A stretch of 64,000 nt of DNA. Origin: Acidimicrobiia bacterium (lineage in GTDB: Bacteria > Actinomycetota > Acidimicrobiia > Acidimicrobiales > Bin134). The stretch covers positions 152,890 to 216,889 of the forward strand of contig JAJECA010000050.1 of assembly GCA_022822265.1 (NCBI GenBank), given 5' to 3'. Shown here one piece after another: positions 30,117 to 42,788 of this stretch. A model generated the notes under the pieces. It worked only from the letters and a program-made list of their open reading frames with translations, had not been told where the DNA came from and did not search any database. The position numbers were made by a program, and so were the translations under genes. Position 1 is the stretch's first letter. Each line of letters starts with the position of its first letter.

Positions 30117-31594
30117 GGTCGCGCTCCGATGTCGAGAACGTGGACAACTTTGGTCCGGGTGTAGCTGAGCAGCGACTCCATCGACCCTTCCGCTCCCAGC
30201 CCTGAGTCCTTGTAACCGCCGAACGGCGTCTCCAGGAAGTGCTGGCCCCGCCCGTTGATCCACACGCATCCGGCCTGCACCCGGCGGGCGGCGTCCATCG
30301 CCCAGTCCAGGTCGTTGGTGATGATGTTGGCCGTCAACCCGTAGCGGGTGGCGTTGGCCTGGGCAATCAGGTCGTCTCGATCTCGCCATTCCAAAACTGA
30401 CAGCACCGGACCGAAGATCTCCTCGGCGGCGATGGTGTGGCCGGACTCCACCCGATCGAAGAGCGTGGGCGCCAAGTAAAACCCGCCCTCGGGCACGCCA
30501 TCGGGGGCGGTGCCGCCCCTGATCAGCCGGGCGCCCTCCGACCGCCCAACATCCACATAGCCCTGAACCCGGTTGAGCTGGGGCTCAGACACGAGCGGCC
30601 CCATGGTGGTTGCCGCATCGAGAGGGTCGCCCACTCTGATCTGGTCAAGCCGGGCCGCTACCGCATCCACGATCTCGTCACGGAGGGCCGCAGGGGCGTA
30701 GAGCCGAGACGTGGATCCGCATGACTGCCCCTGGGAGGACTCGAAGTTCATCCCCCCCACCGCCTGCTCGGCCACAAACGCGGGATCGGCATCGGGCGCG
30801 ACCAAGAGGGGGTTCTTGCCCCCGAGCTCAACGGTCACATGCTTCACCCGGCCCGAGGCCGCAGCAGCCTCCATGACCCGCAGCCCGGTCGTCCCCCGCC
30901 CAGTGAACCCGATGCGGCTGATTGCCGGGTGGGCCACCAAGGCCTCGCCGGTGGTGGCTCCGTTACCGGTCAGCACAGTCAGCACGCCGGTAGGCAGGAT
31001 CTCGGCGGCCAGATAGGCGATCTCCAACGGAGAGATGGGGGTTTGGTCGGGGGCCTTCACAATGACGGTGTTGCCCGCGGCCAAGGGGGCGGCCGCATGG
31101 AAGAGGGTGAACATCAGCGGGTGGTTGAAGGGCAGGATGCGGGCCACCACGCCGTAGGGCTCTCGCAAGGTCAAATGGAGGCTGTTGGCCGACGCGGGCA
31201 GGGTCTTGCCGTGCAGTTCGCGGGCGATGCCGGCGAAGTAGTCCAGGGCATCGGCCCCGTAGGCCACATCGTTGCGCATGGCAGCCAGGGGGTTGCCGCT
31301 GTCCATGGCATCGATTCGGGCCAGACGCTCGGACTGCGATCTCACGGCATCGGCCAGGGTGCGCAGATATCGGCCTCTCTCAGCAGCCGACAACGCAGCC
31401 CACGCCGGCTGGGCCCCTTCTGCTGCCTTAGCGGCCCGATCCACCGCAGCGGCGTCGGCCAGCGGCACCTCAGCCACGGTCTCACCGGTGCCCGGGGCGA
31501 TTGCCGCCATCATGTCGCCATCGGCCACCTCGCCGTCCCCCACCAGCAGCGGATAGCGGTCGCGGAGTTCGACTCCAGACAGGTCGGAAGTCAT
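30113..31594 (-). CDS. Aldehyde dehydrogenase, PhdK (2-formylbenzoate dehydrogenase)-like
   Basis: PFNHP, ELGGKNP, GMNF..GQSCGSTSRL, EEIFGPVLSVLEW, PFGGYKDSG. Confidence 0.9.
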   Translation of the reverse strand: MTSDLSGVELRDRYPLLVGDGEVADGDMMAAIAPGTGETVAEVPLADAAAVDRAAKAAEGAQPAWAALSAAERGRYLRTLADAVRSQSERLARIDAMDSGNPLAAMRNDVAYGADALDYFAGIARELHGKTLPASANSLHLTLREPYGVVARILPFNHPLMFTLFHAAAPLAAGNTVIVKAPDQTPISPLEIAYLAAEILPTGVLTVLTGNGATTGEALVAHPAISRIGFTGRGTTGLRVMEAAAASGRVKHVTVELGGKNPLLVAPDADPAFVAEQAVGGMNFESSQGQSCGSTSRLYAPAALRDEIVDAVAARLDQIRVGDPLDAATTMGPLVSEPQLNRVQGYVDVGRSEGARLIRGGTAPDGVPEGGFYLAPTLFDRVESGHTIAAEEIFGPVLSVLEWRDRDDLIAQANATRYGLTANIITNDLDWAMDAARRVQAGCVWINGRGQHFLETPFGGYKDSGLGAEGSMESLLSYTRTKVVHVLDIGARP

Positions 31595-32679
31595 GGGACG
31601 ATCACCGGCTTCATCTCAGCACCGGCTTTCATGGCGGCCAACGCATCAGTCACCTGATCCAGGGAATAGGTGTTGGAGCACACCGCTGATTCCAGCCCCA
31701 TCTTGGCGCTGTGCCGGTCCAAGAACCGGAGGGCGTCGTGGAAGTGGGAGATGTCGGCCGAAAGTGAGGTCCGTACCGTGAGCTGGCGAACCTTCATGGC
31801 CGTGGTCGGCACGGGAACGGTTTTGCCATGGGCTTGGCCGATGACCATTAGCGTGCCGCCGGCGCGCACCATCTCCATACCCTCGGTAAAGGCATCGGGT
31901 GGCCCCGCGCATTCGATCACGAAGTCGGCACCCCGGCCCGCTGTCATGCTGCGGACCGCTTCGATTCTCTCTTCGGGCTCGGTGTCATCGATGTCGATAC
32001 GGGCAGCCAGATCCCATGATTCGGTGGCGGCCAGCCGGGATCGGGGTGCACCGATGAGGATCACCTGGTTGGCCCCGCTTCGCAGGGCCGCCGCTGCGGC
32101 CAGAACCCCGACTGGACCTGCCCCGAGAACGACCACCGTGTCGCTAAAGCGAATGCGGGGCATGCGGTCGAGGGCGTGCATGACTGTGCGCAAGGCACAG
32201 GTGGCCGCTGAGGCCAGCGGGCTGGTCACGCCCTCGGGCACCCGCAGTACCCGAGAATCTGGCGACACGTGGAGGTGTTCGGAGAACGTCCCGTTGACCG
32301 CACCGTCCTCATAGGGACCCCACCCGTATCCCATGGTGTTTTCACACAGAGTGGGCTGTTTGGCCACCGCGCAGAAATAGCACCGCCCGCACCAATTGTG
32401 AGCCCAGACGATGCGGTCACCGGGTCGAAGCGGTTCGCCCACAGCGTCGCTCTTCAGACCTTTGCCCAGCTCCACCACAGTTCCGGTGCCCTCATGGCCC
32501 AATATCAGCGGCAGACGAGCCAGTTGATCGAAGACGCCGTCGCATATGTGCACGTCGGTCCCGCACACGGTCGCGGCGTCCATCCGCACCAGGGCGCCTC
32601 CCGGGAGAACCGGACCGAGCTCCAGTGTCTCCACCGCGGGACCGTCGGCGTAGTCGGCCAGAATCACAGCCCGGCTCAT
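31591..32679 (-). CDS. Zinc-dependent medium-chain alcohol dehydrogenase
   Basis: CGTDVH, GHEGTG, CGRCYFC..C structural Zn, GAGPVG. Confidence 0.92.
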   Translation of the reverse strand: MSRAVILADYADGPAVETLELGPVLPGGALVRMDAATVCGTDVHICDGVFDQLARLPLILGHEGTGTVVELGKGLKSDAVGEPLRPGDRIVWAHNWCGRCYFCAVAKQPTLCENTMGYGWGPYEDGAVNGTFSEHLHVSPDSRVLRVPEGVTSPLASAATCALRTVMHALDRMPRIRFSDTVVVLGAGPVGVLAAAAALRSGANQVILIGAPRSRLAATESWDLAARIDIDDTEPEERIEAVRSMTAGRGADFVIECAGPPDAFTEGMEMVRAGGTLMVIGQAHGKTVPVPTTAMKVRQLTVRTSLSADISHFHDALRFLDRHSAKMGLESAVCSNTYSLDQVTDALAAMKAGAEMKPVIVP

Positions 32680-32731
32680 GGTGACCAATCCTCAGTCACC
32701 ATGGCTTCCCAATTCACCAGAGTCGTCCAAG

Positions 32732-33175
32732 TCATCCCGGAGCCTCCCGCCATATCGGACCGCGTTCGACAACCGGATCAAGCAGGCCCTCGGCCACCCA
32801 CTCGGTGTAGGCGAAGGGGTCATAGGCTTTGGCCACCTGGCCCGGATACCCGATCAGCTCGCGTACCACCGGGCTGAGGTAATAGCACGCCGCCACCGAG
32901 GTAGTGAGCGCGACATAGGCATCTTCGTCCTCCTCGTGAAGGGCCGATAGCCGGTCGATGGTGAACGAGGACGGATCAAGCGCGTCCACCGCCCGGACCA
33001 GGGGCTCACGTAGATCATCGCGCCAGCCCAGGACTTGAGGCAGATAGGACTCCACTGCCTCAACGTCAGAGACGGCGGGCATCCCGTGGGCGGCGGGCAG
33101 CATCACGTCGGCCAGGGCGATCAGCCGGCCGATATCGATTTCGCCAGTCGATGCCGACGATGCCGGCGCGGTCAT
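32732..33175 (-). CDS. Gluconate 2-dehydrogenase subunit 3-like small partner of the GMC enzyme
   Basis: LADVMLPAAHGMPAVS, YYLSPVVRELIGYPGQ; coupled to the GMC gene. Confidence 0.7.
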   Translation of the reverse strand: MTAPASSASTGEIDIGRLIALADVMLPAAHGMPAVSDVEAVESYLPQVLGWRDDLREPLVRAVDALDPSSFTIDRLSALHEEDEDAYVALTTSVAACYYLSPVVRELIGYPGQVAKAYDPFAYTEWVAEGLLDPVVERGPIWREAPG

Positions 33176-34782
33176 GCCGGAACTTTCTGCTCGCTGCGGT
33201 GCTGAACCAGCAGGTCAGCAGTCCGCAGGGCCAGCGCGGTGATCGTGCAGGTTGGGTTGACCCCGGAGCTGGTCACGAACACGCTGGCATCGGCGATGTA
33301 CAGGTTGGGCACATCGTGGGCCTGCTGGCGGGAGTTGACCACAGAGTTCGCCGGTTTCTCACCCATGCGGGCAGTGCCCATTAGGTGCCATCCCGAGTAG
33401 GGGATCATGCTGGCTACCGCGGTTTCCTGGCATCCCGAAGCCTCCAGCGATTCTTCGGCCCGCTCTTCTTGGAAGGCCATTAGGCGCCGCGAGTGCTCAG
33501 AGATCCGATAGCTCACCCGGGGTGCGGGGATTCCGTGGCTGTCGGTGCGATCCAGATCGAGCTCTACTCGGTTGGCCTCCTCGGGAAGATCCTCCCCGAA
33601 AATGGCCCAGCTTGCCCCCCGTCCGAAGGTCTGGCCCATGAGGACGTGATGATCACTCCCCCACACCTCGTTTCCGGCTCGCATGGGCAGGATGTGGTTG
33701 AGGGGTCCGCCAACCGGCGAGAGCGCCCACTTGGCCCCTCGGACAAAATCTCGGCAGGGATCGGTCTCGTAGAACTGGTAGCTGGTGATGCTGGCCCCGA
33801 AGTGACCCTGCCATCCCTCTACCTGGTCGTCCCACCACCCCGTCACCACCGAGAAGGGGTGCATCATGAGGCGGCGGCCGACAAGGCCGCTGGAGTTGGC
33901 CAGACCATCAGGGCAGTGGCGGTCGTCGGCCGACAGCAACAGGAGGCGCGCCGTACCCACCGCGTTGGCCGCCAGGATCACCACATCGGCCTCTTGGTGG
34001 TGCTCGACTCCGGAGCGGTCCAGCCAGACAGCTCCGGTGGCCAACCCTTGAGACCCCAGCGTGATCCGGCTCACCCGAGCCCCGGTGATCAGCCGGGCTC
34101 CGGCGGCGGTGGCCTTGGGCCAGTGGGTTAGATCAGTGGAGGCCTTGGCCCCCTCGGCGCATCCCGAAGTGCAAACGCCTCGCTGCACGCATGGCCGCCT
34201 CCCGTCGTAGGGAGCCGACAAGATGGCGTTGGGCTCGGGCCACCAGTGCCATCCCAGCTGGTTGTGCCCCTCGGCCACCCGCCGGCCCGCCACCCCCAGG
34301 GGCAGCGGCGGGAGCGGATAGTCGTCGTGGGGCGGATAGGCCGGATCCCCGGCCAATCCAGACACGCCGATCTGCTGGTCGATGGCGTTGTAGTACGGAA
34401 CCAGATCCCGGTAGGCGATGGGCCAGTCGTCGGCCACACCGTCCAGCGTCCGAATCCGGAAGTCCGACGGGAGCATCCGGGGCCACGTCCCGGCGTAGAT
34501 GATCATGCTTCCCCCCACCGCGTTGTACATGAGGGGCTCTATGTCCGAATCGTCGTGAACCACCGGATAGTCCTCGGGCCGCATCCGCACGTTGGGGCTC
34601 ATGGCCCAGTCCTTGCGGATGGCCAGCTCCCAGTCGGGCCTGGTGCCAGGGAACGCGGACCTATCGGGCCAATCGCCCTGCTCGAGGCAGACAACATCGA
34701 AGCCGTGCTCGGCCAGGTGGCGTGCAGCCACCCCACCGGAGGCACCGGCACCGATGATGAGGACGTCGGCCCGATAGGTCAC
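33172..34782 (-). CDS. GMC family FAD oxidoreductase
   Basis: IIGAGASG, VGGSMIIY, DWPIAYRDLVPYY, CxxxGxCxxGC, HLMGTARMG, NLYIADASVF..NPT. Confidence 0.93.
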   Translation of the reverse strand: MTYRADVLIIGAGASGGVAARHLAEHGFDVVCLEQGDWPDRSAFPGTRPDWELAIRKDWAMSPNVRMRPEDYPVVHDDSDIEPLMYNAVGGSMIIYAGTWPRMLPSDFRIRTLDGVADDWPIAYRDLVPYYNAIDQQIGVSGLAGDPAYPPHDDYPLPPLPLGVAGRRVAEGHNQLGWHWWPEPNAILSAPYDGRRPCVQRGVCTSGCAEGAKASTDLTHWPKATAAGARLITGARVSRITLGSQGLATGAVWLDRSGVEHHQEADVVILAANAVGTARLLLLSADDRHCPDGLANSSGLVGRRLMMHPFSVVTGWWDDQVEGWQGHFGASITSYQFYETDPCRDFVRGAKWALSPVGGPLNHILPMRAGNEVWGSDHHVLMGQTFGRGASWAIFGEDLPEEANRVELDLDRTDSHGIPAPRVSYRISEHSRRLMAFQEERAEESLEASGCQETAVASMIPYSGWHLMGTARMGEKPANSVVNSRQQAHDVPNLYIADASVFVTSSGVNPTCTITALALRTADLLVQHRSEQKVPA

Positions 34783-34818
34783 GTTCGCTAGCAGTGGTTC
34801 ACCGGAGGGAGAGGTTCC

Positions 34819-35814
34819 CTATCGGAGGTCGGCGTTGGTCATACCTTCGATCGTGTCGGCATCCACCACGAAAGTGGGCGCCTGGATGAAGTAGCCCTGG
34901 CCGGTGCTGCCGGTGGTCAGGTACTGGTGGGCGACCTCGGCGGTCTGCCAACCCCACTGGTAACCCCTTAGGGCGATGGTCATGTCAACGCCGGATCCAG
35001 CGCGGATCTGGTCGAACACCGCCGGCTCGCCGTCGGTCCCGCTGATGAGGATGTCGGCGTGGTCGATGCCGGCCTCCTCCACTGCGGTAGCGGCGCCCAA
35101 GGCCAGAGCATCGCTGTCTGCCCAGATGCCGTCGAGATCGGGATTGGCGGTCAAAGCGTCCTGGGCCAGGCGGAGGCCCTCCTCAGCGGTGAAGCTGTTG
35201 GCGCTCTGGTTGAACACAACCTCGATGCCGGGGTTGTTCTCCATGGTGTGCTCGAAGCCCTCTCGGCGCTTCTCCACATACTCGCTGGCCCCCGGGCCGC
35301 CGATACGGGCGATCTTGCCCGAACCGCCGAGTTGTTCAACCATCCACTCGCTCTGCTTGGTGCCCTCAACACCCCAGTCGGTGCCGATGAAGCCGATCTC
35401 GGGGGCAGCCTCCTGCACACTGTCACCAGTGGACAGCATCGGAATGCCGGCTGCCGCCGCGGCTTCATAGGCGGGAATGAGCGCCTGGCGGTCGCCTGGC
35501 GAGGCGATGATGAGGTCGACCCCTTGAGTGACGAAGTCCTCGATCTGTGCCACTTGGTCCTCGATCACGTATGCCGCGTCGGCTGCGACGAAGTTCCAGC
35601 AGTTCTGAGCGCCGAACTCGGCCAAGCCGGCTTCAAGATCGCGGAAGTACAGGATGAAAGTCGCCAGATTGGCGTACCGCACCTCGTAGATCTCCTCGCA
35701 GCCTCCTTCTCCTGACGCGGCGTCGTCGTCATCGTCGTTTCCGCATGCCGACACCACCAGCCCAAAGGCCAACAGCAGCGCCAGCAGCTTGAACAACAGG
35801 TTCTTGGTTTTCAT
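34819..35814 (-). CDS. Sugar-type ABC substrate-binding lipoprotein (RbsB-like)
   Basis: Lipobox VSAC, QIEDFVTQGVDLII, AQDALTANPDLDGIWADSDALALGA, GTDG. Confidence 0.9.
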   Translation of the reverse strand: MKTKNLLFKLLALLLAFGLVVSACGNDDDDDAASGEGGCEEIYEVRYANLATFILYFRDLEAGLAEFGAQNCWNFVAADAAYVIEDQVAQIEDFVTQGVDLIIASPGDRQALIPAYEAAAAAGIPMLSTGDSVQEAAPEIGFIGTDWGVEGTKQSEWMVEQLGGSGKIARIGGPGASEYVEKRREGFEHTMENNPGIEVVFNQSANSFTAEEGLRLAQDALTANPDLDGIWADSDALALGAATAVEEAGIDHADILISGTDGEPAVFDQIRAGSGVDMTIALRGYQWGWQTAEVAHQYLTTGSTGQGYFIQAPTFVVDADTIEGMTNADLR

Positions 35815-35833
35815 TGTGCTCCCCTCCGGGTAT

Positions 35834-36979
35834 TCATGGTTGCTCCGACGTCGATTCGGCCGATTGCCCGGCCTGCTCAACGCCTTGGAGTTCTTGGTCT
35901 GTCGAACGGGCTGATTGCTCGGCCAGCTCGATGGCACGGCGCTCCTCATCAAGCTCGTGCTCGACTTCTACTTCTATGGCGGTGTCCTCACTTCGGTTGG
36001 CCCACCGGTCCAAGTAACGGCGCAGGAATTGCGATGTCATGGCCAGCACGAAAACGACGCCCAGCCATACGTCCTGCATGTTGGAAGACACATTGAGCAG
36101 GTTGAGGCTGTTGCGAATCACCCCGATCAGCAATACGCCGGCCAGGGTGCGGGGTATCGACCCCCGCCCTCCGAACAGATTTGTGCCTCCCAGCACGACG
36201 GCGGCCACCGCGTAGAGCTCGGTAAGCACCGCGGCATTCGGCTGGCCGACGTTGACCCGCCCCAACAATGTGAAGCCACCGACGGCAACGGCGAGGCCCC
36301 CCAGGACAAAAACCGTGACCCGTACCCGGGTGACGTTAATGCCGGCTCGGCGGGCTGCTTCGGCGTTTCCCCCCACTGCGTAGATCCGCAGTCCGAATCG
36401 GGAATAGCGTAGGATCACGTGGTAGACGACGCCGAGTCCCAGCGCCACCCAGATGGGCATTCGCAAGCCGATGAACTCCCCGCTCCACCAGGCCTTCCAG
36501 CCTCCGGGGAGATTCCCCACCGTGTTGCCCGCGGTTATCTCCCGGGCCAGCCCCCTCGCCATGATCAAAAGGCCCAAGGTGGTGATGAAGGAGGGGACTT
36601 TGAGCACCGCGGTAACTAGCCCGTTGAACAGCCCTGCGGCGATGCCGACGCCCACTCCGGCCAGCAGGCCGAGCACGATGCTGTTGTTCCGCACCATGGT
36701 CTCGGCGGCCACCACCCCGATGAGGGCAAGCACTGACCCCTGGGACAGGTCCAGCTCGGCCGCGATGATGACCAGGGTCATCCCGAAGGCTGCGCAGGCC
36801 AGAAATGACGTTTGCAGAAGGATGTTCTGGAGGTTGCCCGTGGTCAGGAACACGTCGGACTTGACGGTCATCACCGCGCCCAAGACGATGACGACGAAGA
36901 TTGCGAACCCGGCCTCAACCACCCGGGGAATGGCTACACGGATCCTGTCCCAGCCCATCGCGACCGCGGGTTCCGTCAT
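35834..36979 (-). CDS. Sugar-type ABC permease (RbsC-like)
   Basis: GMTLVII..LDLSQGS, VPSFITTLG, YAVGGNAEAARRAGI, AAVVLGGT. Confidence 0.94.
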   Translation of the reverse strand: MTEPAVAMGWDRIRVAIPRVVEAGFAIFVVIVLGAVMTVKSDVFLTTGNLQNILLQTSFLACAAFGMTLVIIAAELDLSQGSVLALIGVVAAETMVRNNSIVLGLLAGVGVGIAAGLFNGLVTAVLKVPSFITTLGLLIMARGLAREITAGNTVGNLPGGWKAWWSGEFIGLRMPIWVALGLGVVYHVILRYSRFGLRIYAVGGNAEAARRAGINVTRVRVTVFVLGGLAVAVGGFTLLGRVNVGQPNAAVLTELYAVAAVVLGGTNLFGGRGSIPRTLAGVLLIGVIRNSLNLLNVSSNMQDVWLGVVFVLAMTSQFLRRYLDRWANRSEDTAIEVEVEHELDEERRAIELAEQSARSTDQELQGVEQAGQSAESTSEQP

Positions 36980-37743
36980 GGGGCCACCCTCTGCCTCGAC
37001 TCTTCGCGGTGGGCTTCGATGCCCTCGACCACCAAGTCGACCAAGGCGTCGAGGTAGCGCTCTCCTGCGACCGCGGTGGCCCCGCGGGGATCGCCGATGA
37101 TGCCCACCGGAGAAAGGGCGGCCATGCCCTCAGAGCGCAGCTTGGCGCTGGCCGAGGACGCTGGCCCGACGTGGCCGACAACAGCGGACGCCATGTCTAC
37201 GTGGTCGGGGGCGATGGCCAGCATGATGCTGGTCTCGAAGTGCCCGCCGTGGGTTCCCACCAACTCCCTGTCCAAGCCCAGTTGGTTCTCGGCCACTTGA
37301 TGTACGGCTTCACGCTGGGCAGGCCAGTCGTCGAACGACACCACCCGGGAGCGTTCGGCGGCATCCAGCTCGCCCATGGCCGAGGCCATGGCTCCAACGT
37401 TTCCGGCATGCCCGGTAACCAGGTAGGCACCCCGGAAACCGTGGCTTACCAGGGTTTGGATTACCTCCACCAAGACGCTCCCGAGAGTCGCTTCGCTGAG
37501 GCTGGCCGTGCCGGGAAATGTCAGATGGTGGCTGGAGGCGCCAACGGAAATGCAGGGCGCCACCATGCACTCTCCCACTCTTCGGGCCGCTCGGTCGGCC
37601 ACTGCCTCGGCGATCTGAGCGTCGGTGTCGAGGGGCAGATGCGGACCGTGCTGTTCAAGTGCGCCCAGGGGAACCATCACATCCAGCGGACCTCGCTTGA
37701 GCCGCTCATCCAGAGCCGTCCAGCTCAACTCCCCCAGCCGCAC
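36976..37743 (-). CDS. Creatininase family amidohydrolase
   Basis: PLGALEQHGPHLPLDTD, GASSHH..FPGT, GHAGN, HGGHFETS, GIIGDP. Confidence 0.92.
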   Translation of the reverse strand: MRLGELSWTALDERLKRGPLDVMVPLGALEQHGPHLPLDTDAQIAEAVADRAARRVGECMVAPCISVGASSHHLTFPGTASLSEATLGSVLVEVIQTLVSHGFRGAYLVTGHAGNVGAMASAMGELDAAERSRVVSFDDWPAQREAVHQVAENQLGLDRELVGTHGGHFETSIMLAIAPDHVDMASAVVGHVGPASSASAKLRSEGMAALSPVGIIGDPRGATAVAGERYLDALVDLVVEGIEAHREESRQRVAP

Positions 37744-37750
37744 AAGTGCC

Positions 37751-38230
37751 TCAGAGATCGGTGAGGGTGGCGTCGAGATAGGTGGGCTTCTGTGGGCGAC
37801 CCACGCCGATCACCACCTGCACCTGGGCTTCCTCGTCAGTGTGGTTTCGCAAGCCGTGCATGATCCCCGCAGGGCTGTAGATCATCTCCCGCTCTTTCAG
37901 CACGGTGTCGACGATTCTCCCGTCGTCGTCCTCCCACCATGCAGTCAGCTCCCCCTTGACCACGAAGAAGACCTCTTCCACTTCGTGGGCATGCGACGGG
38001 GCCACGGCCCCAGGGGGCATCATCATCACCGACAAGGTGAAATTGTCGGCCGTGACTGTTCCAGGCTCGTAGTGCTTGCCGGTGATGCTCGCCCCCACCA
38101 TCCGCACGTGGGCCCGGCGGTACTCCTCCTTCAGGTCTCCCTGAGCGGCAAACGGCTCCCAGTCCAGTTCCTTGCTCCCGTACCGCTGAACATGCTCGAA
38201 AAACTCGGCTTCAGTGAATTCACTCGCCAT
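37751..38230 (-). CDS. Cupin domain protein
   Basis: HAHEVEEVFFVVKG and PAGIMHG cupin motifs; AGGGGG RBS. Confidence 0.88.
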   Translation of the reverse strand: MASEFTEAEFFEHVQRYGSKELDWEPFAAQGDLKEEYRRAHVRMVGASITGKHYEPGTVTADNFTLSVMMMPPGAVAPSHAHEVEEVFFVVKGELTAWWEDDDGRIVDTVLKEREMIYSPAGIMHGLRNHTDEEAQVQVVIGVGRPQKPTYLDATLTDL

Positions 38231-38262
38231 GCTCGTCCCCCCTAGTTGCTTCAGCGCTGGGT

Positions 38263-38279
38263 ATCTTAGTTTCAAAGTT
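38263..38279. promoter_or_regulatory. Imperfect palindrome overlapping the putative -10 of the catabolic operon (candidate MarR operator)
   Basis: ATCTTAG-TTT-CAAAGTT, an AT-rich island in GC-rich DNA; contains minus-strand TAAGAT (38268-38263), 32 nt upstream of the cupin ATG. Confidence 0.5.
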
Positions 38280-38322
38280 TTGTCGGCGCTGAGGGGATGC
38301 CTTTCCGGGGGTTGGCCGGCCG

Positions 38323-39210
38323 CTAGACGAGCTGTCGCTGGCGGGCGAGGGCGATGGTCTGACCGGGGCGGGTGGGCGCAATCAGAATTGCTTCGGCCTG
38401 CACTTCTTGGTTGCTGCTCTTGCGCTTGGCCGGGGGAGAAAGATTGATCGGCTGGCTGAGGGACAATTCCAACAGCAGTCCGGCCGCGCCCTGGCTCAGG
38501 TCCGAGGCGTCGGATCCCTGCTTGGCAGGACCGAAGCTGGCCACCGATCGTCGGCGGAGCAGCACGGGATCTTGCACCGCCAGGTGGTCGTGGACAACCA
38601 CGCCCGCAGGCACGAACACCAGCCACCGGCGGGTGAGCGAGTAGAGCGAGCGGGCCGCTAGAAATGCCAGCGCTCCGCCTGACACCGTGACCGCTGCTCC
38701 GACGGCCCAGTGCTCAGCGGCCAGTAGCAGGGGGCCGCTGACCGCGCCGCCGACAGTGATCACCGCCGCCGCTGGCAGCGGTCCAGCCAGCAGCACCGCC
38801 GGAGGTCGCAAAATAAGCCGGACTTCGTCGCCATAGGAGATGCCGTTCACGAACACCTGGCCCACCGGCGCGCTGAGCGCCACCGCGGCCAATGCACCTG
38901 AAATGGCCGCCACTAGGGAAACCTCACCCCAATCAGCGTCTCCCCTTCCGGCCCACAAAAGAGCTGCCACCGCTGACGGCAATGCCAGTCGGACCAAAAC
39001 CAGCGTGGCCGGATGGGCCAGTAGAGATCCCGCAAGGACTAGGCCCCACAGCACCCACAGCCCCACCGATGCCGTGGACCGCCAAGCCGCGGAGGTCTCG
39101 CGCAGCCCATCGGCCAACGCCGGCCCGGCAATAAACGGCAACGCGGCCCACCAAACCCTGACAGACCAGACCCACACTCGATCCCCCTGAAGACCCCTCA
39201 CCCACCCCAC
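38323..39210 (-). CDS. Hypothetical integral membrane protein
   Basis: Several TM segments, NGISYGDEVR loop, soluble C-terminal domain (RRWLVFVPAGVVVHD); start uncertain. Confidence 0.75.
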   Translation of the reverse strand: MGWVRGLQGDRVWVWSVRVWWAALPFIAGPALADGLRETSAAWRSTASVGLWVLWGLVLAGSLLAHPATLVLVRLALPSAVAALLWAGRGDADWGEVSLVAAISGALAAVALSAPVGQVFVNGISYGDEVRLILRPPAVLLAGPLPAAAVITVGGAVSGPLLLAAEHWAVGAAVTVSGGALAFLAARSLYSLTRRWLVFVPAGVVVHDHLAVQDPVLLRRRSVASFGPAKQGSDASDLSQGAAGLLLELSLSQPINLSPPAKRKSSNQEVQAEAILIAPTRPGQTIALARQRQLV

Positions 39211-39308
39211 TACAGCACTTCAGACCACTGGCGAACTCATCTGGCATCAGTTTCAATCGCCAAATCAACGTGACACTGCCACCGACGCCTGCGTTCGCAA
39301 ATTCAAAC

Positions 39309-39329
39309 TGTCACTGTCGTCGGTAGACT
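39309..39329 (+). promoter_or_regulatory. Leaderless promoter of the DUF222 gene with a PafBC/RecA-NDp-like element
   Basis: TGTCAC-N9-TAGACT-N6-ATG39336; the mycobacterial consensus is TGTCGG-N10-TANNNT, so the match is imperfect. Confidence 0.4.
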
Positions 39330-39335
39330 GGTGGC

Positions 39336-42760
<3,425 letters not shown>

Positions 42761-42788
42761 CCGACATGAACCATGATTCAGTGTCGCC

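Noticed and set aside
24254-34782. Aminoglycoside biosynthesis (NeoQ/NeoB-like GMC plus aminotransferase)
   Set aside because: No DOI synthase, glycosyltransferase or resistance gene; an importer with SBP points to catabolism
36976-37743. Mycofactocin peptidase MftE / mycofactocin cluster
   Set aside because: EQHGPHLPLDTD is shared by the wider creatininase family; no mftA/B/C/D/F in the window
39284-39300. LexA SOS box upstream of the DUF222 gene
   Set aside because: Only the GTTCG half-site is present; no GAAC at the right spacing
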